Assembly: GCA_046498225.1 (NCBI GenBank)
Contig: JAWOBF010000034.1
Location: 1 to 14,817, forward strand
Source of the DNA: Candidatus Aegiribacteria sp.
Lineage (GTDB): Bacteria; Fermentibacterota; Fermentibacteria; Fermentibacterales; JCC-6
Direction of reading: 5' to 3'
DNA: 14,817 bases
The notes under the pieces: generated by a model
The model's database searches: none
The model's input: the letters and a program-made list of their open reading frames with translations, nothing else
What the model was told of the DNA's origin: nothing
Made by a program: the position numbers and the translations under genes
Shown: one piece after another, positions 1-7,647 of the stretch
Layout of the letters: every line of letters begins with the position of its first letter
How positions within the stretch are numbered: position 1 is the stretch's first letter

Positions 1-122
1 TTGGAAACCGGTTCCGAAAACCCGTTCCGGTTCATAATCGGCATGTTAATAATACTGGGTTCCATGTAGGGGTAACGAAACTACAGCTCCACAGCGGGTT
101 CGAGCTGGAAAGGCTCAGCGGT

Positions 123-782
123 TCAGGCCGGCTCCCGGCAGGTGAAGCCTCTTACCAGGGTCTCCACCAGGCTGTGACATATTTCCGGAACATCCCCAGC
201 GGGGTTTTTCTGCGAGTTGTTCGAAAGGTCGTGGAGTCTGCCGCCTTCACCGGCCATCCTGACCGCTCCGCCTATCAGGAGCATCGAGAGGCCGTGGAGT
301 GAAGACCAGCATACATTGGCCATTCCCAGCGGGTTCGATCTTTTGAAGGCGTTCTCGTTCTGGCAGCTGATAATACATTCCACTATTCCGGAGAATGCTC
401 TCTCCGCGGAATCGGTGAGTTCGGGGACCGGGTCCCCGCCGGCCAGTTCGAAGCCGAACATGAGTGTATACAGCCTGGGGCTGTTCACGGCGAAGCGGAC
501 GTATGCGCATGAGCAGAGGCGGAAACGCTTGATCGGTGTGACCTCTTCCTCCGGCGGACAGGCCAGAGTGTCCCCGAGCCTGTTGAACCCTTCGGCCGCT
601 ACCGCTCCCAGCAGGGCTGTTTTGTCCTCGAAATGCCTGTAGGGGGCCGACCGTGAGACGCCTACCTTCCTGCTCAGATTACGCATGGTGAGGTTTTCCA
701 TTCCCTCCTCCTCCAGAAGAAGGGACGCGGCTTTGACCAGCATGCTCCTCAGATCCTCATGATGATATTTGCTCTTGCTCAT
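123..782 (-). CDS. TetR/AcrR family transcriptional regulator (WHG-type C-terminal domain)
   Basis: N-terminal YHHEDLR..LLEEEG..LTMRNLSRKVGVSRSAPYRHF is a TetR HTH. The C-terminal AYVRFA..P.LY.LMF and WSSLHG match the WHG subtype. SD-like AAGGTGA lies just upstream of the ATG. Confidence 0.93.
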   Translation of the reverse strand: MSKSKYHHEDLRSMLVKAASLLLEEEGMENLTMRNLSRKVGVSRSAPYRHFEDKTALLGAVAAEGFNRLGDTLACPPEEEVTPIKRFRLCSCAYVRFAVNSPRLYTLMFGFELAGGDPVPELTDSAERAFSGIVECIISCQNENAFKRSNPLGMANVCWSSLHGLSMLLIGGAVRMAGEGGRLHDLSNNSQKNPAGDVPEICHSLVETLVRGFTCREPA

Positions 783-799
783 TCTTTCACCTTCGTTAG

Positions 800-828
800 A
801 AATTACGACGAAATGTTGACATTGTCAA
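800..828 (-). promoter_or_regulatory. Sigma70-type promoter for tetR
   Basis: Minus-strand TTGACA (828-823), 17-nt spacer, TAATTT (805-800). It implies a very short leader before the ATG at 782. Confidence 0.5.
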
Positions 829-832
829 CATT
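812..832. promoter_or_regulatory. Perfect palindrome AATGTTGACA-T-TGTCAACATT; probable operator of the adjacent TetR
   Basis: 10-bp perfect inverted repeat with a 1-nt spacer in the AT-rich gap between the divergent tetR and oxidoreductase genes. This is the typical TetR operator location. Confidence 0.8.
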
Positions 833-844
833 GACCTTTATGAT
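816..844 (+). promoter_or_regulatory. Sigma70-type promoter for the FabX-like gene
   Basis: TTGACA (816-821), 17-nt spacer, TATGAT (839-844). RBS GGAGGT at 875-880 precedes ATG 887. Confidence 0.75.
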
Positions 845-886
845 GTTGTCTCAGTAAATTATTAATGGTCCCATGGAGGTCAGTTT

Positions 887-2008
887 ATGTCAGATAGCCG
901 CATGCCATCATTGAGGATAGGCAGTATTGAAGCCGTTCTCCCGATAATTCAGGGAGGTATGGGGGTCGGAATTTCCCTTTCCGGCCTCGCTTCAGCTGTG
1001 GCCGAAGAGGGCGGTATCGGTGTCATCTCCACCGCCGGGATAGGCAGAAAGGAGAAGGACTTCCAGAAGGACCTGAAGGCCGCCGACGAGAGGGCGCTTA
1101 GGGCCGAGATACGCCGGGCCAAAAGCATGACCGGGGGAGTACTGGGAGTGAACATCATGATGGCCCTCTCCGATTACGATGACCTTCTGCGGGTATCCAT
1201 CGAGGAGGATATCGATGTCATCTTCATCGGGGCCGGTCTTCCGCTGCGGCTTCCAGCGTCGATGACCCCCGAGGAGTTCAGATCGTGCAGGACCAGTTTC
1301 GTTCCCAAGATATCTTCGGCCAGAGCGGCCGGCGTAATCCTGAAGGCCTGGGACAGGCATTTCGGGCGGCTGCCCGACGCGATCGCAGTGGAGGGGCCGA
1401 TGGCAGGAGGTCACCTGGGATTCTCCAGGGAGGACCTGGAAGGCGGAAAGGTCGACCTGGACAGTATTCTCGTCGAAGTGCTGGAACTGGTGGGCGGGTA
1501 CGAGTCCAGGTACGGCAAAATACCTGTCATCGCCGCCGGAGGCGTCTATACCGGAGCCGACATACATCGGACACTGGGCCTGGGAGCCTCAGGAGTGAAG
1601 ATGGGCACCAGGTTCGTTGCCACCACGGAATGCGACGCGCACCAGAACTTCAAGCAGGCTTACGTGGACTGCGAGAAGGAGGACCTCGTCATCATCGACA
1701 GCCCTGTGGGCCTTCCGGGCCGTGCCATAGACAGCAGTCTGCTGAAAGCGGTGCGCAGGGGGGAGAAGAAACCCCTGAACTGCATGTGGCAGTGTCTGAA
1801 GAGCTGTGACGTCCGCAACGCTCCTTACTGTATCGCCAAAGCCCTGACCAGCGCCAAACTGGGAGACCTGCGGAACGGTTTCGCATTCGCCGGCGCCAAC
1901 GCCTACCTTGTGGACAGGATAACCTCTGTCAGCGAGCTTATCTCTTCTCTGAAGGAGGAATTCGCCCGGGCCTGCGCTCCGGTGGAGCTGGCTCCGGCAA
2001 CGAGCTGA
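887..2008 (+). CDS. Nitronate monooxygenase/FabK superfamily FMN enzyme, FabX-like subgroup with a 4-Cys Fe-S motif
   Basis: Motifs PIIQGGMGVGIS, GAGLP, VEGPMAGGHLG (His176), PVIAAGG, GVKMGTRF, SPVGLPGRA, C299-x3-C303-x3-C307-x7-C315 and FAGANAY occur in the same order as in Helicobacter FabX. Confidence 0.85.
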   Translation: MSDSRMPSLRIGSIEAVLPIIQGGMGVGISLSGLASAVAEEGGIGVISTAGIGRKEKDFQKDLKAADERALRAEIRRAKSMTGGVLGVNIMMALSDYDDLLRVSIEEDIDVIFIGAGLPLRLPASMTPEEFRSCRTSFVPKISSARAAGVILKAWDRHFGRLPDAIAVEGPMAGGHLGFSREDLEGGKVDLDSILVEVLELVGGYESRYGKIPVIAAGGVYTGADIHRTLGLGASGVKMGTRFVATTECDAHQNFKQAYVDCEKEDLVIIDSPVGLPGRAIDSSLLKAVRRGEKKPLNCMWQCLKSCDVRNAPYCIAKALTSAKLGDLRNGFAFAGANAYLVDRITSVSELISSLKEEFARACAPVELAPATS

Positions 2009-2018
2009 CCTGAGTCCG

Positions 2019-3500
2019 CTAGCTTCCCTCCATGAACTCCCTGACGTCATCACTGAACCTGTTCAGTGATACACGGTCCAGGTAGAACATGTGGCCGGCC
2101 TCGTAGAAGGTCAGGCTGATGTTCCCTCGCAGCTCCGGGTCCACGTTCATGTGGGACAGCATGTAACGGGTGGCCATCAGGGGTGTCGCCAGGTCGAAGT
2201 AACCCTGGGCCACCAGGACCCTCATGTGAGGGTTCACCGCCATGGCCTGCCTGAGCTTTTCCCCGGTACTGGGGAGTTTCCCCTTCTCCCATTTCCATTT
2301 CTTCCTCAGTTCGCCCTCCAGCCACACCCTGTAGTTCATGTCCGTCTCCAGTTCCAGCTCCCCCCGAATGTAATTGTTGAAAACCGAGGTGTAGGGCGGG
2401 ATTATGGAGACCATGGAAGGGTCGAATTCGGGGTTCTCGGTAACCTCCAGGGGTTCTATTCCCCGGAACCGGGAATCCAGCCTGCCCACGCTCCTCCTCT
2501 CGCTCCGCAGCAGCTCCTTGCAGAACCTCCTTATGTGGACCCTGAGGTTGGAACCCTTTACGTAATCAATATCCAGCCCCGTGTAGAGGGCGAGTTTCTC
2601 CGCCACCCTGTCTCTCCGGTCATCTTCCAGCCTGTCCCCCCTCATCAGGGCCGGGGTAAGCTCGCTTTCCACCCATTCCTCGACCTCCTCCAGCAGGCCG
2701 GGCAGCTCCCGGCCCTGGAGTTCCCCGGAGAGCTTCCCGTGGTACCAGGCGGTTGCCGTGTAGGTGGGAACGAAAAGCTGGAAGGGAAGGTCGTCCGCGT
2801 CTCCGAAGAATATGGGACGCAGGTCCAGGGCGGTGGATATGAGCACTATTCCGTTGAAGGCCACCCCTTCGTCGAACAGCTCCGCTGCCAGCCCGGCGGC
2901 CCGGGTTGTGCCGTAGCTCTCCCCGGCGAGGTAGAGCGGAGAAGACCAGCGGCCGAACTTCGACAGGTAGAGGCGGATGAACAGACCTACGGACTCCAGG
3001 TCTTCCTTGAAACCGAGGTAGTTCTCGTACAGGTCCTCTTCAGCGGCCCTGCTGAAACCGGTTCCCACCGGGTCTATGAAAACCAGGTCGGTGTACTCCA
3101 GCCAGGTGTCTTCGTTGTCCTCCATCCTGTAGGGAGGTTCCGGCATCCAGCCCTCCGGCTCCATCACCACGCGCCTGGGACCCAGCGCCCCCATGTGCAG
3201 CCATATGGAGGATGACCCGGGCCCACCGTTGAAGGCGAAGGTCAGGGGCCTTCCGGACGGGTCCTCCACCCCCTCTTTGTTATAGGCGGTGAAGAATATT
3301 TCCGCCTGTGTCTCTCCCTTCCGATCCTTCAGGGGGAGTACGCCCACGGTAGCTTTGTAACGGAGCTTCCCGCCCCTGACCGTTACCTCGTGCAGCGTAT
3401 CCTTCGGCTCCATGCCAAGCAGCCGCAGCTTCTTTTCCTTTTCCTTCCCGCCGGCCTCGGCGTCCTTACTCTCGGCTTCCTTTCCTTTCCCGCTTCCCAT
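2019..3500 (-). CDS. Peptidase S10 serine carboxypeptidase
   Basis: FNGGPGSSS, FIDPVGTGFS, nucleophile GESYG, GYFDLATP (Asp) and AGHMFY (His). Start moved from 3521 to ATG 3500 because GGAGGT lies 8 nt upstream of it. Confidence 0.93.
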   Translation of the reverse strand: MGSGKGKEAESKDAEAGGKEKEKKLRLLGMEPKDTLHEVTVRGGKLRYKATVGVLPLKDRKGETQAEIFFTAYNKEGVEDPSGRPLTFAFNGGPGSSSIWLHMGALGPRRVVMEPEGWMPEPPYRMEDNEDTWLEYTDLVFIDPVGTGFSRAAEEDLYENYLGFKEDLESVGLFIRLYLSKFGRWSSPLYLAGESYGTTRAAGLAAELFDEGVAFNGIVLISTALDLRPIFFGDADDLPFQLFVPTYTATAWYHGKLSGELQGRELPGLLEEVEEWVESELTPALMRGDRLEDDRRDRVAEKLALYTGLDIDYVKGSNLRVHIRRFCKELLRSERRSVGRLDSRFRGIEPLEVTENPEFDPSMVSIIPPYTSVFNNYIRGELELETDMNYRVWLEGELRKKWKWEKGKLPSTGEKLRQAMAVNPHMRVLVAQGYFDLATPLMATRYMLSHMNVDPELRGNISLTFYEAGHMFYLDRVSLNRFSDDVREFMEGS

Positions 3501-3638
3501 TTCCCGGACCTCCCTGTTCATGTATGACAGATCGTTGCATTGAAACTGTTCCTACCATACAACTATAGGTAACGGACCGTTCTCCTCATATGATAGTGGC
3601 TGCGGCAGGCCGATGTAACAATTTTCCGGAGGGTGATC

Positions 3639-4112
3639 GTGAGGAACTCTGCCATACCTGTGTTCGTTCTTTTTATCCTGATCATACCCGTCCCGGGCGC
3701 CGACGGGTCGGTAAGCCACAACCTGGGAATCTCCGGCGGATTCCCCCAGATGGTAGCGATAACCTACAAGGCGGACCTGGCAAGGTACTTCGCCCTCGAA
3801 GGCTACGCGGGCTCGCTTGGCTTCACCAACGCCACCGCCGGCGGCCGTCTGATAGTGGGAAGCACGCTTCAGGGCATCAAGCCAAGGTTCTTCGCCGGAG
3901 TGTGCGTGGTGGACCAGTATTACGCTAGTTATCCGGGGAATCCCACAGGGAGGGAATCGTACGCATGGGGCGGCGGGGGTGTGGCTTACGAGTTTCCCGA
4001 CGGCTTCGAGCTGGCGGCGGACCTGGCTTACGTGGCAAAGGGCGACAGGGACCGCGGTCTGGGCTATAACACGGGACTGTCCTTCAGCGCCGGGCTGATG
4101 TTCCCCCTCTGA
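3639..4112 (+). CDS. Hypothetical secreted protein, probable small outer-membrane beta-barrel
   Basis: GGAGG (3628-3632) lies 6 nt before GTG 3639. The N-terminus MRNSAIPVFVLFILIIPVPGA looks like a signal peptide. Gly/aromatic-rich amphipathic strands follow (FALEGYAG, YAWGGGGVAYEF, FELAADLAY), ending in a beta-signal-like LSFSAGLMFPL. Confidence 0.6.
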   Translation: MRNSAIPVFVLFILIIPVPGADGSVSHNLGISGGFPQMVAITYKADLARYFALEGYAGSLGFTNATAGGRLIVGSTLQGIKPRFFAGVCVVDQYYASYPGNPTGRESYAWGGGGVAYEFPDGFELAADLAYVAKGDRDRGLGYNTGLSFSAGLMFPL

Positions 4113-4935
4113 GTTCCTTCCATTCCCTGTAATCCCGGTACCCTTCGGTAAAAGCCCTGTTGCCGCTCAATCGGGCCTTCAGCGAATGGAGGGGCAGCCA
4201 GAGCGCCGTGGCCAGCCTTTCCCTCCGGGAGCTGCAGTTGGAGTCCATGAAGATGAACCTGTTCCTCTCCCTCAGCCTGCGGGATGACCCGCCGGCCCCC
4301 ATTGTAGAGGCGTGATGGTGGGCGACGGTGATGCGCGGGCATCTTATCATACCGTACCCGGCCCTGCGCATCCTGACCCCCAGGTCGGTATCCTCCCAGT
4401 AAATTGGCGCGTACCTGGTATCCAGCCCCCCGAGCTCCTCCCACACATCTCTTTTCCACAGGGCGCAGGCTCCCGAGGGGTACGGCTGGCCGGCAATGCC
4501 CTCCCCGGTTACCGCCAGTCCCCGCACGAAAGCCCACCTGAAATCCCCGTCATCGGTCCCGTCCGGCCTGGGAATGGACGGAACCGCGGCCGCGGTCTCT
4601 TCCGGGGCATTGCTCAGTTCTTCCAGAAGGGCGGTGAAACTGCCCTCCTCCGGAACGGTATCGTTGTTCAGAAGCAGCAGTCGGCCGCTGTCCGCCTTCG
4701 CCATTCCCAGGTTCACCGCCCGGCAGAAGGCAGGCTCTCCCTCCCTTCGCAGCAGCCTTACAGATGGATATTCGCGGGTTATGAGTTCGGCGGTGGAGTC
4801 GGCGGAGCAGTCATCCACCAGGATAAGCTCCCCCCGGGCCCTCCGGGTCTCGGCCAGAATGGCCGGAAGGAATTCGCGGAGGATGTCCGCCCCGTTCCGC
4901 GACGGAATGACCACTGTCAGATCAGGGTCGCTCAT
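4084..4935 (-). CDS. Glycosyltransferase family 2 (GT-A fold)
   Basis: LTVVIPSRNG, ELILVDDCSADST, FCRAVNLG, LLLLNNDT, SGACAL, GGLDTRY..YWEDTDL and VAHHHAST. GGGAGG RBS. Confidence 0.93.
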   Translation of the reverse strand: MSDPDLTVVIPSRNGADILREFLPAILAETRRARGELILVDDCSADSTAELITREYPSVRLLRREGEPAFCRAVNLGMAKADSGRLLLLNNDTVPEEGSFTALLEELSNAPEETAAAVPSIPRPDGTDDGDFRWAFVRGLAVTGEGIAGQPYPSGACALWKRDVWEELGGLDTRYAPIYWEDTDLGVRMRRAGYGMIRCPRITVAHHHASTMGAGGSSRRLRERNRFIFMDSNCSSRRERLATALWLPLHSLKARLSGNRAFTEGYRDYREWKELRGGTSARR

Positions 4936-4960
4936 TACGGCCTCCCGGGTTCGGCGGGGA

Positions 4961-5782
4961 TCAGTAGTCCGGCCCCGTGCCCAGTATCCTCACCGCGCAG
5001 GAGTACCTTCTGGCATAGCTGGGCTGGGTGACGGGAGTTATTACCACTCCCCTGTCCCGCCATGAGGAGCAGTGAATGAAATCCCCGTTGCCCATGTATA
5101 TCCCGGAATGCCTGGGGTTGTCGAATATCATGAGGTCACCGGGCTGAAGCTCATCCCTGTCCACCGGGATACCCATTTCCTCCATGGCCCCCAGGGAGCG
5201 GGGAAGCGGAACGCCGTTGTCGTTGAAGACCCTGTACGCCAGACCGCTGCAGTCGAAACCCCTGCCATCGGTCCCTCCCCAGACATAGGGTGTTCCCAGG
5301 TAGGACACCGCGTCCTCCAGTATTCTGTCCGCCAGCGGGGAGTTCCCACGGTCTTCGGGCCGGATCCCCCCGGTAAGCAGAGAGCTGTCCCGCAGCGCGG
5401 CCTCCAGATGGCCCAGTTCCCAGTTCCCCGGAGACCCGCCCGTACCATGCATGCGGGCGGGAAGGTCCAGGAACGCCACCGTGTCCCCGTCCAGGGCGGC
5501 CTGAAAGCTTCCGTTCACCGCCACCGCGAAGCAGATTGCCTCCGGGTCGATGCCGCCGCTTTCAAGCAGGTGACCGGGCCAGGGGTCGGAGATGAGATGG
5601 TAGTCCACCGCATAGATGCCCCTGTAATCATCAAGGATACCGGAGGTAAGTTCGAAGGTCTCCATGGAGAGCGGGTCCATCCGGTAGAAGACCTCCACCG
5701 TTCCCACCGGCTGCAGTTCCGAGGCGGCCTGCACGAGCAGCTGGGAGGAGAACATGAAAACAAGAACGTCTATGATCAGCAT
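4961..5782 (-). CDS. NlpC/P60 (C40) cell-wall peptidase with signal peptide and an uncharacterised N-terminal domain
   Basis: C-terminal YLGTPYVWGG..GFDCSG, LQPGDLMIF, HSGIYMGNGDFIHCSS give an intact Cys-His-His triad. The N-terminus is hydrophobic and ends in VQA. Confidence 0.9.
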   Translation of the reverse strand: MLIIDVLVFMFSSQLLVQAASELQPVGTVEVFYRMDPLSMETFELTSGILDDYRGIYAVDYHLISDPWPGHLLESGGIDPEAICFAVAVNGSFQAALDGDTVAFLDLPARMHGTGGSPGNWELGHLEAALRDSSLLTGGIRPEDRGNSPLADRILEDAVSYLGTPYVWGGTDGRGFDCSGLAYRVFNDNGVPLPRSLGAMEEMGIPVDRDELQPGDLMIFDNPRHSGIYMGNGDFIHCSSWRDRGVVITPVTQPSYARRYSCAVRILGTGPDY

Positions 5783-5816
5783 TCCGATTCCTTCTTAAAG
5801 GGGTTTTTGCAGGTAT

Positions 5817-6638
5817 CTAGCCTCTTCGGGGGGCAACGGTTCCAGGGCTGTCCCCGCCGCCTCGGTTCCTGAACGCCTCGTAGAGGAGTATGGAGGCGCT
5901 TACCGCGGCGTTCAGGGACTCGACCCCGCCGCGCATGGGAACCGCCACCCTGGCGGAAAGGAACTCCCCCGTCTCCGGCGATATTCCGTGGGCCTCGGAA
6001 CCGATGACCAGCCCCAGCCGGCGGACTTTCCCGCACAGCAGGTCCATTGCGCCGCCGTCTGCGTCCGCCCCGACGAACACCATTCCCGGGGAATTCTCCT
6101 TCATGAACTCCGGCAGGCGGACGTCGCCGAAAACCGGTATGCCGGCGTTGGTGCCGGCGGCGGCCCGGGTTACCTTGGGCAGGAATGGAAAACAGCTGCC
6201 CCTGCCGGTAACCACCGCGCGGCAGCCGAAGGCCGCGGCGGACCTTATTCCGGTTCCCATGTTCCCCGGGTCGGACAATCCGTCAAGCAGCAGGAAAACA
6301 CCGTCGCGGGTCAGTACTTCCGGATCCTGCTCCGGCAGGGGAAAGGCGGCGATGATTCCCTGGGAGGTCTCCGTGTCCGAAATATCCTCGAACAGCTCAG
6401 GCGGAACATGCAGGACGTCCCGTCCATCCGCTTCGGCCTCGCGGGCCACCCGGCGGGCCTGTTCCCCCGCTTGCGCCGAGAGCAGGACCCACTCCGGGGG
6501 GACCCTTTTCAAATGGTCCGAGACGAACCTGGGTCCTTCCATGAGGAAGAGGCCGTTCTTCACCGCGCCTGTTCTGGAATGGAGCTGTCTGGCGATTCTG
6601 AGCCTCGGGTTGGACGGGCTGGTGACCTTTATCATCAT
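5817..6638 (-). CDS. TrmH/SpoU family RNA 2'-O-methyltransferase
   Basis: VTSPSNP, FLMEGPRFV, SQGIIA, LDGLSDPGNMGTGIRSAAAFG, VIGSEAHGIS and VPMRGGVESLNAAVSASILLYE are SPOUT motifs. Confidence 0.94.
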   Translation of the reverse strand: MMIKVTSPSNPRLRIARQLHSRTGAVKNGLFLMEGPRFVSDHLKRVPPEWVLLSAQAGEQARRVAREAEADGRDVLHVPPELFEDISDTETSQGIIAAFPLPEQDPEVLTRDGVFLLLDGLSDPGNMGTGIRSAAAFGCRAVVTGRGSCFPFLPKVTRAAAGTNAGIPVFGDVRLPEFMKENSPGMVFVGADADGGAMDLLCGKVRRLGLVIGSEAHGISPETGEFLSARVAVPMRGGVESLNAAVSASILLYEAFRNRGGGDSPGTVAPRRG

Positions 6639-6665
6639 GACCTCTTCCCCGGGACGGGAACGCCG

Positions 6666-7634
6666 CTATCTTCCCAGGATCTCCCTGATGATGGTGTTTA
6701 TGCCGGCCTCCGGCACCCTGCCGGTAAGGGACCTGAGCAGGGAGACGTCCGGCACCCTCCTGCGCATGTCCTCGAAGTCGGTGGGATACGCCTCATCGTA
6801 GGGAATCAGCTTTATCTCCGACCTGGAGCCGGATATCTCCCTGACCCTTCGGGCCAGATCAAGTATGGATATCTCCTGGGTTGAGCCGATGTTTATGACC
6901 CTGCCGATGGCATCGGGGTTCACCGTGAGATCCGCTATGGCTTCCACTATCTCGTACACCAGGCTGAAGCACCTGGTCTGTGTGCCGTCACCGAAGACGG
7001 TTACAGGCTGCCCGGTGAGGGCCTGCTCGATGAACCTGGGAAGGACCATGCCGTACCTGCCGGACTGTCTGGGCCCCACGGTGTTGAAAAGCCTTCCGAT
7101 GACCACGGGAAGGCCCTTGTCCTTCCAGTACGCCAGGGCCAGGAACTCGTCCACCGCCTTGGAGCAGGCGTAGCTCCAGCGGCTTCTTTCGGTGGCGCCG
7201 AGGACTATGTCCCCGTCCTCCCTGAACGGGACGTCCTCGCTCTTGCCGTATATTTCGGACGTGGATGCTATGAACACCGGGGTCCCGCCGGCCTGCGCCG
7301 CCATGAGCACGGTCTCCGTTCCCTTCACATTGGTCTCGATGGTCTCCACCGGCTGGCGGATTATGTTCTCAACCCCCACGGCCGCCGCCAGGTGAATGAC
7401 CCTGCGGCTTCGGGCAACAATCTCCCTGGTGAGGACCTCATCCAGCACGGAGCCCATCATGAACTGGAAATCATCGCTGCCGGAGCATTCCTGAATGTTG
7501 GAGAGGCTTCCGGTGGAGAGGTCGTCCAGGGCCAGGACACTCGCGCCGCGGGAAAGAAGCAGCTCGCAGAGATGCGAACCGATGAAGCCGGCCCCGCCGG
7601 TGACCAGGTAGTCGTATCTCTCGGTTCCGGGCAA
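6666..7634 (-). CDS. NAD-dependent NDP-sugar epimerase/dehydratase (extended SDR, UDP-GlcA decarboxylase-like subgroup)
   Basis: VTGGAGFIGSHL, HLAAAVGV, STSEIYGK, RWSYACSK (YxxxK), RLFNTVGPRQ and GDGTQTRCF. TTG start with AAGGGG upstream. Confidence 0.92.
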   Translation of the reverse strand: MPGTERYDYLVTGGAGFIGSHLCELLLSRGASVLALDDLSTGSLSNIQECSGSDDFQFMMGSVLDEVLTREIVARSRRVIHLAAAVGVENIIRQPVETIETNVKGTETVLMAAQAGGTPVFIASTSEIYGKSEDVPFREDGDIVLGATERSRWSYACSKAVDEFLALAYWKDKGLPVVIGRLFNTVGPRQSGRYGMVLPRFIEQALTGQPVTVFGDGTQTRCFSLVYEIVEAIADLTVNPDAIGRVINIGSTQEISILDLARRVREISGSRSEIKLIPYDEAYPTDFEDMRRRVPDVSLLRSLTGRVPEAGINTIIREILGR

Positions 7635-7647
7635 TTCGCGCCCCTTT

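Noticed and set aside
1..69. Possible gene fragment at the window edge (+ frame LETGSENPFRFIIGMLIILGSM*, or a - strand start MEPSIIN...)
   Set aside because: Too short, with no motif or clear RBS; the two readings cannot be told apart.
65..125. Short stems (TGTAG/CTACA, CAGCTC/GAGCTG) downstream of the tetR TGA, considered as terminator, SECIS or riboswitch
   Set aside because: Stems are only 5-6 bp with large loops and no U-tract. Readthrough would add only about 14 residues with no redox motif.
2091..3215. 374-aa + strand ORF, and similar long shadow ORFs (992-1567, 4312-5031, 5072-5872, 5890-6801, 5988-6884, 9925-10539, 11756-12427, 13756-14724)
   Set aside because: All lie antisense to well-supported genes and have no recognisable motifs. 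Long open antisense frames are expected from GC-rich codon bias.
3522..3632. Divergent promoter region with TTGCAT/TTGAAA and TATGAT-like hexamers
   Set aside because: No convincing -35/-10 pair at correct spacing and no strong repeat, so no specific site can be supported.
3590..3928. Alternative 112-aa + strand ORF overlapping the beta-barrel gene
   Set aside because: Arg/Pro-rich off-frame composition and no RBS. The 3639 frame has an RBS and a signal peptide.
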